Sequence record: ON568341.1
Direction: 5' to 3' (one strand)
DNA length: 64,000 nucleotides
A program made the position numbers and the translations under genes. Shown here piece by piece: positions 20,295 to 28,404 of the stretch (the stretch's first letter is position 1; each line of letters opens with the position of its first letter). Under the pieces are notes generated by a model. It did not search any database. It was not told the origin of the DNA and saw only the letters and a list, made by a program, of their open reading frames with translations.

Positions 20295-21734
20295 ATGAAA
20301 AAATATACAATTGACACAAACGTACTTCTATCTGACCCTAATGCATCTATTGCGTTTGATGGTGCTGCAATCATTCTACCATTTACTGTTCTAGAAGAAT
20401 TGGATTCAATTAAGAGTCGTAGTGTGGATGTTTCACGAGATGCTCGCGTTGCTATTCGTAACATTGAAGCAATTATTGCAAATGCATCTCATGATGAAAT
20501 TAGTAGTTCTGGTGTTAATATTGCTGATGTTCATACCAATATGAATCCTGACAGCAAATTGTTTGTTATTACAAACGAAGAAGCTGAAGCACTAATTCGT
20601 ACTAAAGGTTCAAACGACAAAGTTCAAACCCTTCTCAAAAGCACTGTACCTGATGATAAAATTATTCTGGTAGCTTTAGCAACCGAATCAGTACTGGTAA
20701 CTCGTGATATCAACATGCGTATCAAAGCACTAAGTTATGGTGTCGAGGTACAAGACTATCGTCATGATATTGTTATTGGTGATAGTGATTTGATTCACAT
20801 TGGTCAACATCATATGGAAATTAATTTTTGGGATGTATATAGCAATTTAACAAATACAAATATTAAAACTGAACAAATCGGTCGTCGATTGTATCATTAC
20901 ATCCCTAAAAGCTTGATTGAGCATTTGCTTCCACAAAATCTATGTATTGGTGATTATCTATATGATGATGCTGATGTATTATTTGTATACGAAGGTCAAT
21001 CAGCCATTGAGGAAGATGATGGTACACTAACACCAGAAGATATTTTGGTATTCCAAGATATTGGTCAATCAGTAGCGTTGCGTACTAAAGTATGGGATAT
21101 TAAAGCAAAGAATATTCAGCAAGCACTTGCCATCAACAGTATTCTCGATCCTGATGTACATCTAACAGTACTACTAGGTTCGGCTGGAACTGGCAAAACA
21201 TTAGTGACGATTGCTACTGCACTAGAGTTAGTACTGGAAAAACGCAAATATGACCGTGTTGTGTTCTCAAAACCACAAGATTCACAATGGGCTGAAATTG
21301 GTTTCTTACCAGGTTCCGAAATGGAAAAAATGCTACCACATTGTGGCCCTGCACTGGATGCATTAGAATTTTTACACAAAGATGATGCCTCACCACAAGG
21401 TAGTATCGAAGAGATTCTTAAACGTAACGTGATGCAATTTAAAGCACTAAACTTTGTGCGTGGACGCTCATTCACTAATACGATTCTTGTAGTTGATGAA
21501 TTCCAAAACATTACACCTGCACAAGCAAAAACTATCTTGACACGAGCAGGATTAAACTGTAAAGTAGTGATTATGGGAAACTTAGCACAGATTGATAGCA
21601 AATTTATCAGTCCAGTAAACAGTGGTTTGACATATGTAACTGAAAAATTCAAAGATTGGAGTGGTTGCCGTATCATTGAATTAGAAGGTGTTGTTCGTTC
21701 ACCACTTGCTGAATTTGCTGAAGAAAATATGTAA
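20295..21734 (+). CDS. phoH: PhoH family protein (PIN + PhoH ATPase)
   Basis: PIN motif IDTNVLL; GSAGTGKT Walker A; RGRS, VDEFQN, GNLAQID, RSPLA. Confidence 0.92.
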   Translation: MKKYTIDTNVLLSDPNASIAFDGAAIILPFTVLEELDSIKSRSVDVSRDARVAIRNIEAIIANASHDEISSSGVNIADVHTNMNPDSKLFVITNEEAEALIRTKGSNDKVQTLLKSTVPDDKIILVALATESVLVTRDINMRIKALSYGVEVQDYRHDIVIGDSDLIHIGQHHMEINFWDVYSNLTNTNIKTEQIGRRLYHYIPKSLIEHLLPQNLCIGDYLYDDADVLFVYEGQSAIEEDDGTLTPEDILVFQDIGQSVALRTKVWDIKAKNIQQALAINSILDPDVHLTVLLGSAGTGKTLVTIATALELVLEKRKYDRVVFSKPQDSQWAEIGFLPGSEMEKMLPHCGPALDALEFLHKDDASPQGSIEEILKRNVMQFKALNFVRGRSFTNTILVVDEFQNITPAQAKTILTRAGLNCKVVIMGNLAQIDSKFISPVNSGLTYVTEKFKDWSGCRIIELEGVVRSPLAEFAEENM

Positions 21735-21742
21735 TATAGTAT

Positions 21743-21771
21743 GGGACGTACTGTCCCATACATGATATAAT
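21743..21771 (+). promoter_or_regulatory. Extended -10 promoter overlapping a hairpin
   Basis: GGGACG-17-TATAAT with TG; the -35 lies inside the tatgggac/gtcccata stem. Confidence 0.6.
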
Positions 21772-21802
21772 GTTGATATCATAATACAAAAGGAGATATA
21801 AA

Positions 21803-21991
21803 ATGGCTAAACAACCTAAGAAAAAAGAACCAGTAGCTAAAGTTAAAAAAGAAAAAGTTATTCAATCCAAAGAACAACGTCTGTACGAACAACGTAAGAG
21901 TGAAACACTATCTGGACTACAAGCTCTACGTAAACAAGGTATTCTAACTCGTGCACAATATCGTGAACTAGTATCTATGAAAGGCTTTTGA
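21803..21991 (+). CDS. Small basic protein
   Basis: AAGGAG RBS; Lys-rich, 62 aa. Confidence 0.75.
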   Translation: MAKQPKKKEPVAKVKKEKVIQSKEQRLYEQRKSETLSGLQALRKQGILTRAQYRELVSMKGF

Positions 21992-22095
21992 TTCATTTGA
22001 AGCAATATTATGGAGTTCTTAATAAATACTTTTATAAGAATAATAATACTTTTTATTAAATTAAAAAGAACTCCATGTGTTATTTCAGTTTTTTA

Positions 22096-22121
22096 TCCCT
22101 GTCAATTGGCAGGGATTTTTT
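22096..22121 (+). terminator. Rho-independent terminator
   Basis: atccctg/cagggat stem with T-runs on both sides. Confidence 0.7.
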
Positions 22122-22217
22122 CTATCTCTATCTTGACAAAAGGTTTAAAACATGAGAACATACATTAAAGGTAGAATGACATTCCATTAGGTTATTTTTA
22201 ACTTAAAGGAGATATAT

Positions 22218-22775
22218 ATGTTTTTTGACCAAACATTTACGTTGTATCACGATTCTGGTAAAGTTGAGATTATTGATAATCTGCTACTGTACATTTCTGA
22301 GCATGAAGGGATAGACCGTTTTCATAGTAAGATGAAATTCGATTTAGCTGAATTCAACAAAAAGAATCGTGAAACTTTTTGGAAGAACCGATTCTATTAT
22401 GAAATGTTCCCAGAAAGGTTTGTTGGTTATTATCTTTGTACTGAGAAAGGTTTATTAGTATCTCCAGATTTACTTATGGGTGAATACATGGTTCTCTATA
22501 ATGAGTACTGGAAAAATAAACGCAACGCTCGTGACATTGAATGGAGACACAAGCGTTCTTATATGTACAAACACAACCACTCCCGATACAAACGTCCTAA
22601 AACTCAACAAGAGCGTCGTATGGCGTGTGCGGTACTGAAGGATGAGGGAGAACCTGATATACGTGGAAGACGTAAGATGCGTTCACTACCATCGTATTGG
22701 GACGATACCAGAACAAGACACAGTACTGGCTGGAAATACAGTACTAAGCGTAAAAAACAATACAAAGGGAGCTAA
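22218..22775 (+). CDS. Conserved phage hypothetical protein with basic C-terminus
   Basis: AAGGAG RBS; RPKTQQERR...LPSYWDD...WK..TKRKKQYK. Confidence 0.75.
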   Translation: MFFDQTFTLYHDSGKVEIIDNLLLYISEHEGIDRFHSKMKFDLAEFNKKNRETFWKNRFYYEMFPERFVGYYLCTEKGLLVSPDLLMGEYMVLYNEYWKNKRNARDIEWRHKRSYMYKHNHSRYKRPKTQQERRMACAVLKDEGEPDIRGRRKMRSLPSYWDDTRTRHSTGWKYSTKRKKQYKGS

Positions 22776-22789
22776 TGCTCCCTATTTTA
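22768..22789 (+). terminator. Terminator hairpin
   Basis: gggagc-taat-gctccc followed by tatttt. Confidence 0.6.
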
Positions 22790-22802
22790 TAGGTTAAACT
22801 TT

Positions 22803-23972
22803 ATGAGCAAAATTAATGTTGATGTAGTTATTGGTTATATTGAAATTGAACCGTGTAGTATTGATACAATGATTGACACTCTTAATAAGTATCGTTTAGA
22901 GTACAGGGGACATATTAGTATTTCGCCCGACGGTGGTTACGGTGGATTCCATGGATACAATGTAATTTGGACCAGAGAAGAAACTGACGAAGAATATAAT
23001 ACACGAATTGAAGCTGAATCTAAAAGACGTGAAGAAATTGATCGTCAAGAAATGAAACACTTAATGAACAAGAAAATCATTAAGTTCCGAAGAGAAAGAA
23101 AAACTTCTAACATACATCAAGGATTACATGTAATGAAAAATGTAACTCAAGAAAAGATTCTGTACCTTGCAAAGTACAATGGTGGTTTCAATATCATTAG
23201 CCGTGAGTATCGTGGTAATTTGGCTAAGTTGATTGACAGCTTGTTAGAATTCGATTTCATTAAATGGGAAACTAATGAACTTTGGTATGAATATGCTGGT
23301 CAGAAATGGGAAAGTGATTATGATAATGCAACACATACCTATACTATCACCAAAGCAGGTGAAGTTCGTCTATTGATTTATCGTCTAGCATATGCTTATA
23401 AGAATCATAAAGATACTGATAAGCACCAACGTAGGATTGATGAATTACAGCAAGCACTTCAACAATATGATTTAGATATTAATAATTTCAAAGATTGTTG
23501 TTCTAAGAATGAACTTAAAGCAATTAATGATTTCAATAGTAAGACCACAAATGTTGAATTAACTGATTCTGTTGACTTAGAACTTTCACCATACAATACC
23601 AATCCTACTTGGGGAAGAACTCTTACTAATATCAATGATATTGATTTCAGCCAACCAGCACTGAATAATATGTTCCAAATGAGTTCAATGCTGGGTGCTA
23701 AAGGTTTTGATGCGTCAAGAACTGATGATTATGTTCTTCGTAAAATAAATGAAGAACTTGGTGAAATGACACTTGAAATGAACATCCGTGATGGGTTATC
23801 ATATAAAGAAGCAGGTAAAGATGGTGTCAAAGGTGAAGCTGTAGATCTTTGCATTTGTGCACTTGACATGTTCGCTTTGCAATGCGATAATATGAGTCCA
23901 GAAGAGATGGAACGTGAGTTCCTTACTTACATGAATGTTAAACTAGCCAAATGGCGTAAATCAATTCAATAG
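22803..23972 (+). CDS. Multi-part protein with a C-terminal MazG-like NTP pyrophosphohydrolase domain
   Basis: C-terminal RKINEELGE...KGEAVDLCICALD matches the MazG EExGE...ExxD pattern. Confidence 0.65.
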   Translation: MSKINVDVVIGYIEIEPCSIDTMIDTLNKYRLEYRGHISISPDGGYGGFHGYNVIWTREETDEEYNTRIEAESKRREEIDRQEMKHLMNKKIIKFRRERKTSNIHQGLHVMKNVTQEKILYLAKYNGGFNIISREYRGNLAKLIDSLLEFDFIKWETNELWYEYAGQKWESDYDNATHTYTITKAGEVRLLIYRLAYAYKNHKDTDKHQRRIDELQQALQQYDLDINNFKDCCSKNELKAINDFNSKTTNVELTDSVDLELSPYNTNPTWGRTLTNINDIDFSQPALNNMFQMSSMLGAKGFDASRTDDYVLRKINEELGEMTLEMNIRDGLSYKEAGKDGVKGEAVDLCICALDMFALQCDNMSPEEMEREFLTYMNVKLAKWRKSIQ

Positions 23973-23980
23973 GTTTTTTA

Positions 23981-24952
23981 ATGAAAACTAAAATTATTTC
24001 TGAACAAAAAATCGGCAATACTACAGTACTGAATATTGAAGTTCAAGATCTTAGTAATGTTCGTTCTCTTACTGTTTGTACTCAGAGAGATGATTTGACT
24101 GATTTTTATAACTCCGAATACATGTCAGAAGAACATTGGGATATGGGATGGTTAGACGGTAGTAGTTATATCAGTTCTCGTTATAGTTTTGGTTCTCATG
24201 AAAATATTGAACAAGTAAAAAATGAGTATATTAAACTCAGTGATACTATTGAAATGAAAGAAGAAGATTGTGTAGAACTTTTCATTTTTGAATTCGATGC
24301 AGGAAATGGTAATTCATTACTAGTAAGTAATATTGAAGAACATTTAATGTATCATGATATTGAAGATGTAGATTTTAAAAGTATTAAAAATGTTGTTCAT
24401 ATGGTTGGTGGTAGTATTACTGATGATTCAGATATCGGTCATAATATTTCACTGTGCTTAATTTCTCATCCAAAAACTCGTGGTTTTAAAGTTCCACAAG
24501 ATGAAACTTACGTGTTTGAAACTGCTGATGAAGGAATTTATCCTTGGAATGATTATGTAGAATACTATGGTCATTTCTGTTCTGATATAAAAGAACTGAA
24601 AAAAGGCGAACGATATTTTGATATGTTCCGTGCAGCACAGCGTTTAGTACTGAATAATACTGAACTATTTCCTGATCGCGGTGAAGAAAATATGATTGAT
24701 ATTATCTTCAAGAACTATGATTATGTGCAGAACATTCCTGATAATGTACATTTGGAATATGTTCACGGTTCTTCAAACAAATTCTATAATATTGAATTGA
24801 ATGTTTCAGTGTGTGAAGTAATCATTGAGTACGGTGCTATTGGTAAAACCAGTACTACCGATGGTGAAGAATTCGAAACTATTGAAGAAGCACGTAAGTT
24901 CTTCGAGAAGAAAGTAATTTCCAAAATTAAAAGTGGTTATATCCCAAAATGA
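23981..24952 (+). CDS. Protein with a C-terminal WGR domain
   Basis: HLEYVHGSSNKFY...EYGAIG......F...EEA.KFFEKK...K.KSGY. Confidence 0.7.
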   Translation: MKTKIISEQKIGNTTVLNIEVQDLSNVRSLTVCTQRDDLTDFYNSEYMSEEHWDMGWLDGSSYISSRYSFGSHENIEQVKNEYIKLSDTIEMKEEDCVELFIFEFDAGNGNSLLVSNIEEHLMYHDIEDVDFKSIKNVVHMVGGSITDDSDIGHNISLCLISHPKTRGFKVPQDETYVFETADEGIYPWNDYVEYYGHFCSDIKELKKGERYFDMFRAAQRLVLNNTELFPDRGEENMIDIIFKNYDYVQNIPDNVHLEYVHGSSNKFYNIELNVSVCEVIIEYGAIGKTSTTDGEEFETIEEARKFFEKKVISKIKSGYIPK

Positions 24953-24962
24953 GAAAAATATC

Positions 24963-25196
24963 ATGAAAAATATATTCATTACATTAACAATATTTGTATC
25001 CATTATTCTCTGTGGTTGTGCTCCTAAAGTTGATGAGATGGATGCTGAAATCATCCGTCAAGGTTTAACAAAACTAAATCACCAAGGAACACTATACGCA
25101 TGTCATACTATGCGTCATGGGCAAGATCTTAATCTCATGTGCAGGAAGATTGTGAACCGCAAACGTCTTAATACTATTCCGAAGGATGCACAATGA
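24963..25196 (+). CDS. Putative lipoprotein
   Basis: MKNIFITLTIFVSIILCGC: signal peptide plus lipobox. Confidence 0.7.
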   Translation: MKNIFITLTIFVSIILCGCAPKVDEMDAEIIRQGLTKLNHQGTLYACHTMRHGQDLNLMCRKIVNRKRLNTIPKDAQ

Positions 25197-25363
25197 AAGA
25201 AGTAATTGGCTACAAATGCAAAAATTGTGGCAAAGATATGGGTAAGCATTCAGTACAAGGTATGGCTTGTCCAAATCCAGGACGTGGTAATTTCAGAGGG
25301 TTCAGTACTGAAAAGTTTTATGAACCTGATTATTCAAAACCAGTAATGGGTTATAAATTATGA
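25193..25363 (+). CDS. Small Cys/His zinc-binding protein (56 aa, not in ORF track)
   Basis: MKEVIGYKCKNCGKDMGKH...C; ATGA-coupled at both ends. Confidence 0.7.
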   Translation: MKEVIGYKCKNCGKDMGKHSVQGMACPNPGRGNFRGFSTEKFYEPDYSKPVMGYKL

Positions 25364-25719
25364 GTGATTATGTGGCATTTCTTCATCGCTTTGGTGAAGC
25401 TAAAGAAAAACATATTATTCGTATGCCCGTATATGGTGAAAAAGACTGGTACAAAAGCACTATCAGTGTTGGTGCATTTCGTGACCGTGAAGCTGAATTC
25501 TTTCTGGGTAAGCAGCATGAACGAGAAGTACTTTGCTCACTTTGGCGTTTAGATGAGTGGGATAGTGAAAATTCCAGAACGGCTGAATCAATGATGGCTA
25601 TTGTTGGTATTGCGAACTATCAGCACCCATATAATCTATTACCTACATTTGAACATGCTTCTTTGTTTGACTTTTACAAAGCTGTAGGGTATGATTATAA
25701 AAAGAAACGTTACGTTTAA
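25360..25719 (+). CDS. Hypothetical protein
   Basis: Coupled ORF. Confidence 0.7.
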   Translation: MSDYVAFLHRFGEAKEKHIIRMPVYGEKDWYKSTISVGAFRDREAEFFLGKQHEREVLCSLWRLDEWDSENSRTAESMMAIVGIANYQHPYNLLPTFEHASLFDFYKAVGYDYKKKRYV

Positions 25720-25752
25720 CATCAGTAATGTTCTTTTAAATTGGAGATTATT

Positions 25753-26367
25753 ATGACTACATCGGAAAAGTACTGGTGGATTTTGGGTCATCCTAAATTC
25801 ATAAACAAAGATATGGTTCCAGCTAGGATTGAGATAGAACCCCATGATGTGTGTCCAATGACAAATCGAATTGAAGATTTCAAAGCATTAAATACAAAGA
25901 CTCAATTTTGGGTAGAATTTCTTTCACCAATGTATATTGAGCAAGACGATGAATGGGTACAAGCACATGATTACCAATTAGATTGTGGTGGTGATACGTA
26001 TGAAGAGGCCATTGATGAATTATACAAAAATGTGCTAAAAACATATGGTGATTATACCCAACAAGAAGCTGACGATAAATTTAATAAGACCCATGCATTC
26101 AAATCTACTCAATCAATTTTTAATCCCACTAAAACTGTTTGGGAGGAACGACATAGTTGGAGTTCATGTGTAATCGATGAAGAAACCAAAGAAACAATTA
26201 TCGATGACATAAAAAATGTAAAAAATACAATAGAAGCCTTGCGTGAATTCATAAAGTCTTGTACAATAGAACAACAGAAAGAGGCAAAGATACATTTGGA
26301 GAGTGAAGAATGTAAACTTTGGGTTCTAGAGAAATCGATTGAAAAGGGTATAGACTTAGACATATGA
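25753..26367 (+). CDS. Hypothetical protein
   Basis: GGAG RBS before ATG 25753. Confidence 0.7.
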   Translation: MTTSEKYWWILGHPKFINKDMVPARIEIEPHDVCPMTNRIEDFKALNTKTQFWVEFLSPMYIEQDDEWVQAHDYQLDCGGDTYEEAIDELYKNVLKTYGDYTQQEADDKFNKTHAFKSTQSIFNPTKTVWEERHSWSSCVIDEETKETIIDDIKNVKNTIEALREFIKSCTIEQQKEAKIHLESEECKLWVLEKSIEKGIDLDI

Positions 26368-26732
26368 ATAGTAAATTGGCGAAACTAATCGAAGATTTAC
26401 GCCAGATGCCGCCTATTGAACAAGTAGGAAATTACAAACGGTATCGTGTTATTGCTCGTGCACTTGATAAAAAAGGTCGAGTACTGGCAACTCGTACCAA
26501 TTCTTATACACAGACTCACCCAGTACAGAAGGGTTTCGCCATTCGTGCTGGGCGACCGCAAGGTGAGTTTCTTCATGCTGAAATTTCATGCTTACTGGCT
26601 GCTCGTGCTGATGTTCATACTTTACTGATTGCACGGATAAGTAAAGATGGAATTCCTGTTCCAGCCAAGCCTTGTGAGATTTGTACGTTGGCAATTATGG
26701 AATATGGGGTCAAAGAAATTATTCACACATGA
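26364..26732 (+). CDS. Zinc-dependent deaminase-fold protein (second deaminase)
   Basis: HAEIS and AKPCEIC motifs. Confidence 0.8.
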   Translation: MNSKLAKLIEDLRQMPPIEQVGNYKRYRVIARALDKKGRVLATRTNSYTQTHPVQKGFAIRAGRPQGEFLHAEISCLLAARADVHTLLIARISKDGIPVPAKPCEICTLAIMEYGVKEIIHT

Positions 26733-26956
26733 AAAAAATTGAACGCTACAAAAACCATACAGTTGTGGCTGAAGATGATATATTTTATTATTATATTTTC
26801 AGACCCACACACTGTTTACAAATAACGACATTTGATAATGATAATAATTTCAAAGATGTCAACTTCCATATAACAGATTTAGCTAAATATTCCAGTACTG
26901 AACACTTTAGTAATCTAGTATTTGTGTACTGTATACCAAACCCAAATAATAAGTAG
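26729..26956 (+). CDS. Hypothetical protein
   Basis: ATGA-coupled start at 26729. Confidence 0.6.
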   Translation: MKKIERYKNHTVVAEDDIFYYYIFRPTHCLQITTFDNDNNFKDVNFHITDLAKYSSTEHFSNLVFVYCIPNPNNK

Positions 26957-26965
26957 GAGATTCAA

Positions 26966-27325
26966 ATGGCTAAAACAATTTCTTTAAAAAATGAAAAGGT
27001 AGGACAACGAAAAGATGGTTTCTATGGTTTTTCTTGGACTACATTATTTTTTGGACCTTTCCCTGCATTGTTCCGTGGTGACTTTATTACGTTCATCGGT
27101 GCATTTGTAATTTACTTTATCCTAAACGCAGTGTCTTTTTGGATTGTAGGTTCTATTGCCATGATCGTATGGGCATTTCTTTATAATAAGTACTACACAG
27201 TGAATCTCATCAAGAATGGGTATAAATTCAATGGTACACATGAAGAAAATGCTGAAGCTGCAATGGCTTTGCAAATTGATTTGAATAAAAACAACACAGT
27301 TGATAAAAATAAAGATCCTGAATAA
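26966..27325 (+). CDS. Membrane protein
   Basis: GFSWTTLFFGPFPALFRGD, transmembrane helices, YNK.Y...LIKNGY. Confidence 0.75.
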   Translation: MAKTISLKNEKVGQRKDGFYGFSWTTLFFGPFPALFRGDFITFIGAFVIYFILNAVSFWIVGSIAMIVWAFLYNKYYTVNLIKNGYKFNGTHEENAEAAMALQIDLNKNNTVDKNKDPE

Positions 27326-27544
27326 ATGGAAAAATACGATATAATTTACGATTATTATGGTAAGGCTTATATGAAGTGTGGGCGTTATGTTGAACTATCT
27401 AATAGAGATTCAATAGATCCTCACACTATTATAACAATTCACAACTCTTACTATAAAAAAGTTACAATAGCTAATTTTGCAACATACGTAAATAATCCTT
27501 TATTTCCTTACATTATTCAGTACTACTGTCGAGTTATAAAATAA
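27326..27544 (+). CDS. Hypothetical protein
   Basis: Abuts the upstream stop codon. Confidence 0.55.
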   Translation: MEKYDIIYDYYGKAYMKCGRYVELSNRDSIDPHTIITIHNSYYKKVTIANFATYVNNPLFPYIIQYYCRVIK

Positions 27545-27555
27545 GGTAAAAAGAC

Positions 27556-27966
27556 ATGTTAGCCGATGATTTTATGTCTCTAAGTACCAAAATATTTGAT
27601 ATATTAGGAGATGAAATCGATTTTCATCTAAATGATGCAACTATACCGTTAGAAGATGGTGGTTATTTTTTCGCAATTGGTTATAAGTACAATGTTGATT
27701 TTTCAATTCCGATTCCTGATGGAAGTGATTACACATCATCAACATATTTTGAATTTCAGTTCAGAGGACACAAAGAGCGTTTACTAACGTACAGACGTAA
27801 AGGTAATTTCAGTAGACCAGAGATTATATTAATGGATATTGAAAAACGCATAGAAATTGCAAAGAATAATCCATTCTTCAGTTCTTATGCATTAAACCAA
27901 CTTATTGAACTATTTGATGGCTATCCAGACAGAATACGAGGGTCGTTACGTATAAATGCAGAATGA
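27556..27966 (+). CDS. Hypothetical protein
   Basis: AAGG RBS. Confidence 0.65.
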   Translation: MLADDFMSLSTKIFDILGDEIDFHLNDATIPLEDGGYFFAIGYKYNVDFSIPIPDGSDYTSSTYFEFQFRGHKERLLTYRRKGNFSRPEIILMDIEKRIEIAKNNPFFSSYALNQLIELFDGYPDRIRGSLRINAE

Positions 27967-28141
27967 AATCTTCAAAAAAGAATACGATGGTGAAAGTCTC
28001 TATGATATTCAAAGAGACGTACATGAAGCCTTCGATTCAAGATTTAACCCATTAGCTGAACAAATCCCACAAGATGAATTTGGTTTTCAGGAAGGCACTT
28101 TCACAGTGACTATTACATGGAGTCCAGATGAGACTAGCTAA
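27956..28141 (+). CDS. Small acidic conserved phage protein
   Basis: GAGG RBS; KEYDGESL.D..RD..EAFD..FNP...IP.DE.GF..G.F.V. Confidence 0.7.
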   Translation: MQNEIFKKEYDGESLYDIQRDVHEAFDSRFNPLAEQIPQDEFGFQEGTFTVTITWSPDETS

Positions 28142-28244
28142 ACTTGTCATAGGGTGTAGTGCAATTGCTGCATATATGATTTTTTCACCTCCAACCAATG
28201 TATTACTGCTAATTTGGGCGGTTGTTATATTAGCAGTACTTTAA
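28128..28244 (+). CDS. Small membrane peptide (38 aa, not in ORF track)
   Basis: MRLAKLVIGCSAIAAYMIFSPPTNVLLLIWAVVILAVL; GGAG RBS; ends at the terminator. Confidence 0.55.
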   Translation: MRLAKLVIGCSAIAAYMIFSPPTNVLLLIWAVVILAVL

Positions 28245-28266
28245 AAGCACCTTAGTGGTGCTTTTT
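28243..28266 (+). terminator. Rho-independent terminator
   Basis: aaaagcacc/ggtgctttt stem. Confidence 0.8.
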
Positions 28267-28301
28267 ATATTTGTGCAAATAAAAACCAATGTGACTTTTC
28301 C

Positions 28302-28343
28302 TTGATATATATCAAGAGAAATAGCCTGTTCTGACGCTATAAT
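28302..28343 (+). promoter_or_regulatory. FNR-dependent class II promoter
   Basis: Perfect TTGAT-atat-ATCAA at 28302-28315 and TATAAT at 28338-28343; box centre at -41.5 if +1 is 28350. Confidence 0.85.
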
Positions 28344-28404
28344 ATTGTCTGGTGATATTAAATATCTTCACCCCCAGATGATTTCAAAATACAAGGAATG
28401 TACA

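Noticed and set aside
21116-21763. 215-aa - strand ORF, and the many other short antisense or off-frame ORFs in the track
   Set aside because: They lie wholly opposite or inside well-supported genes (here phoH) and lack RBS or motifs, so they are shadow ORFs.
28335-28352. NrdR box overlapping the nrdD -10
   Set aside because: Only the right half-site (ATATTGT) matches, and the spacing is off by one base.
28345-28404. TTG-start N-terminal extension of NrdD as given in the ORF track
   Set aside because: It begins upstream of the predicted +1 (about 28350) of the FNR promoter. ATG 28405 has an RBS and matches the length of T4-type NrdD lacking an ATP cone.
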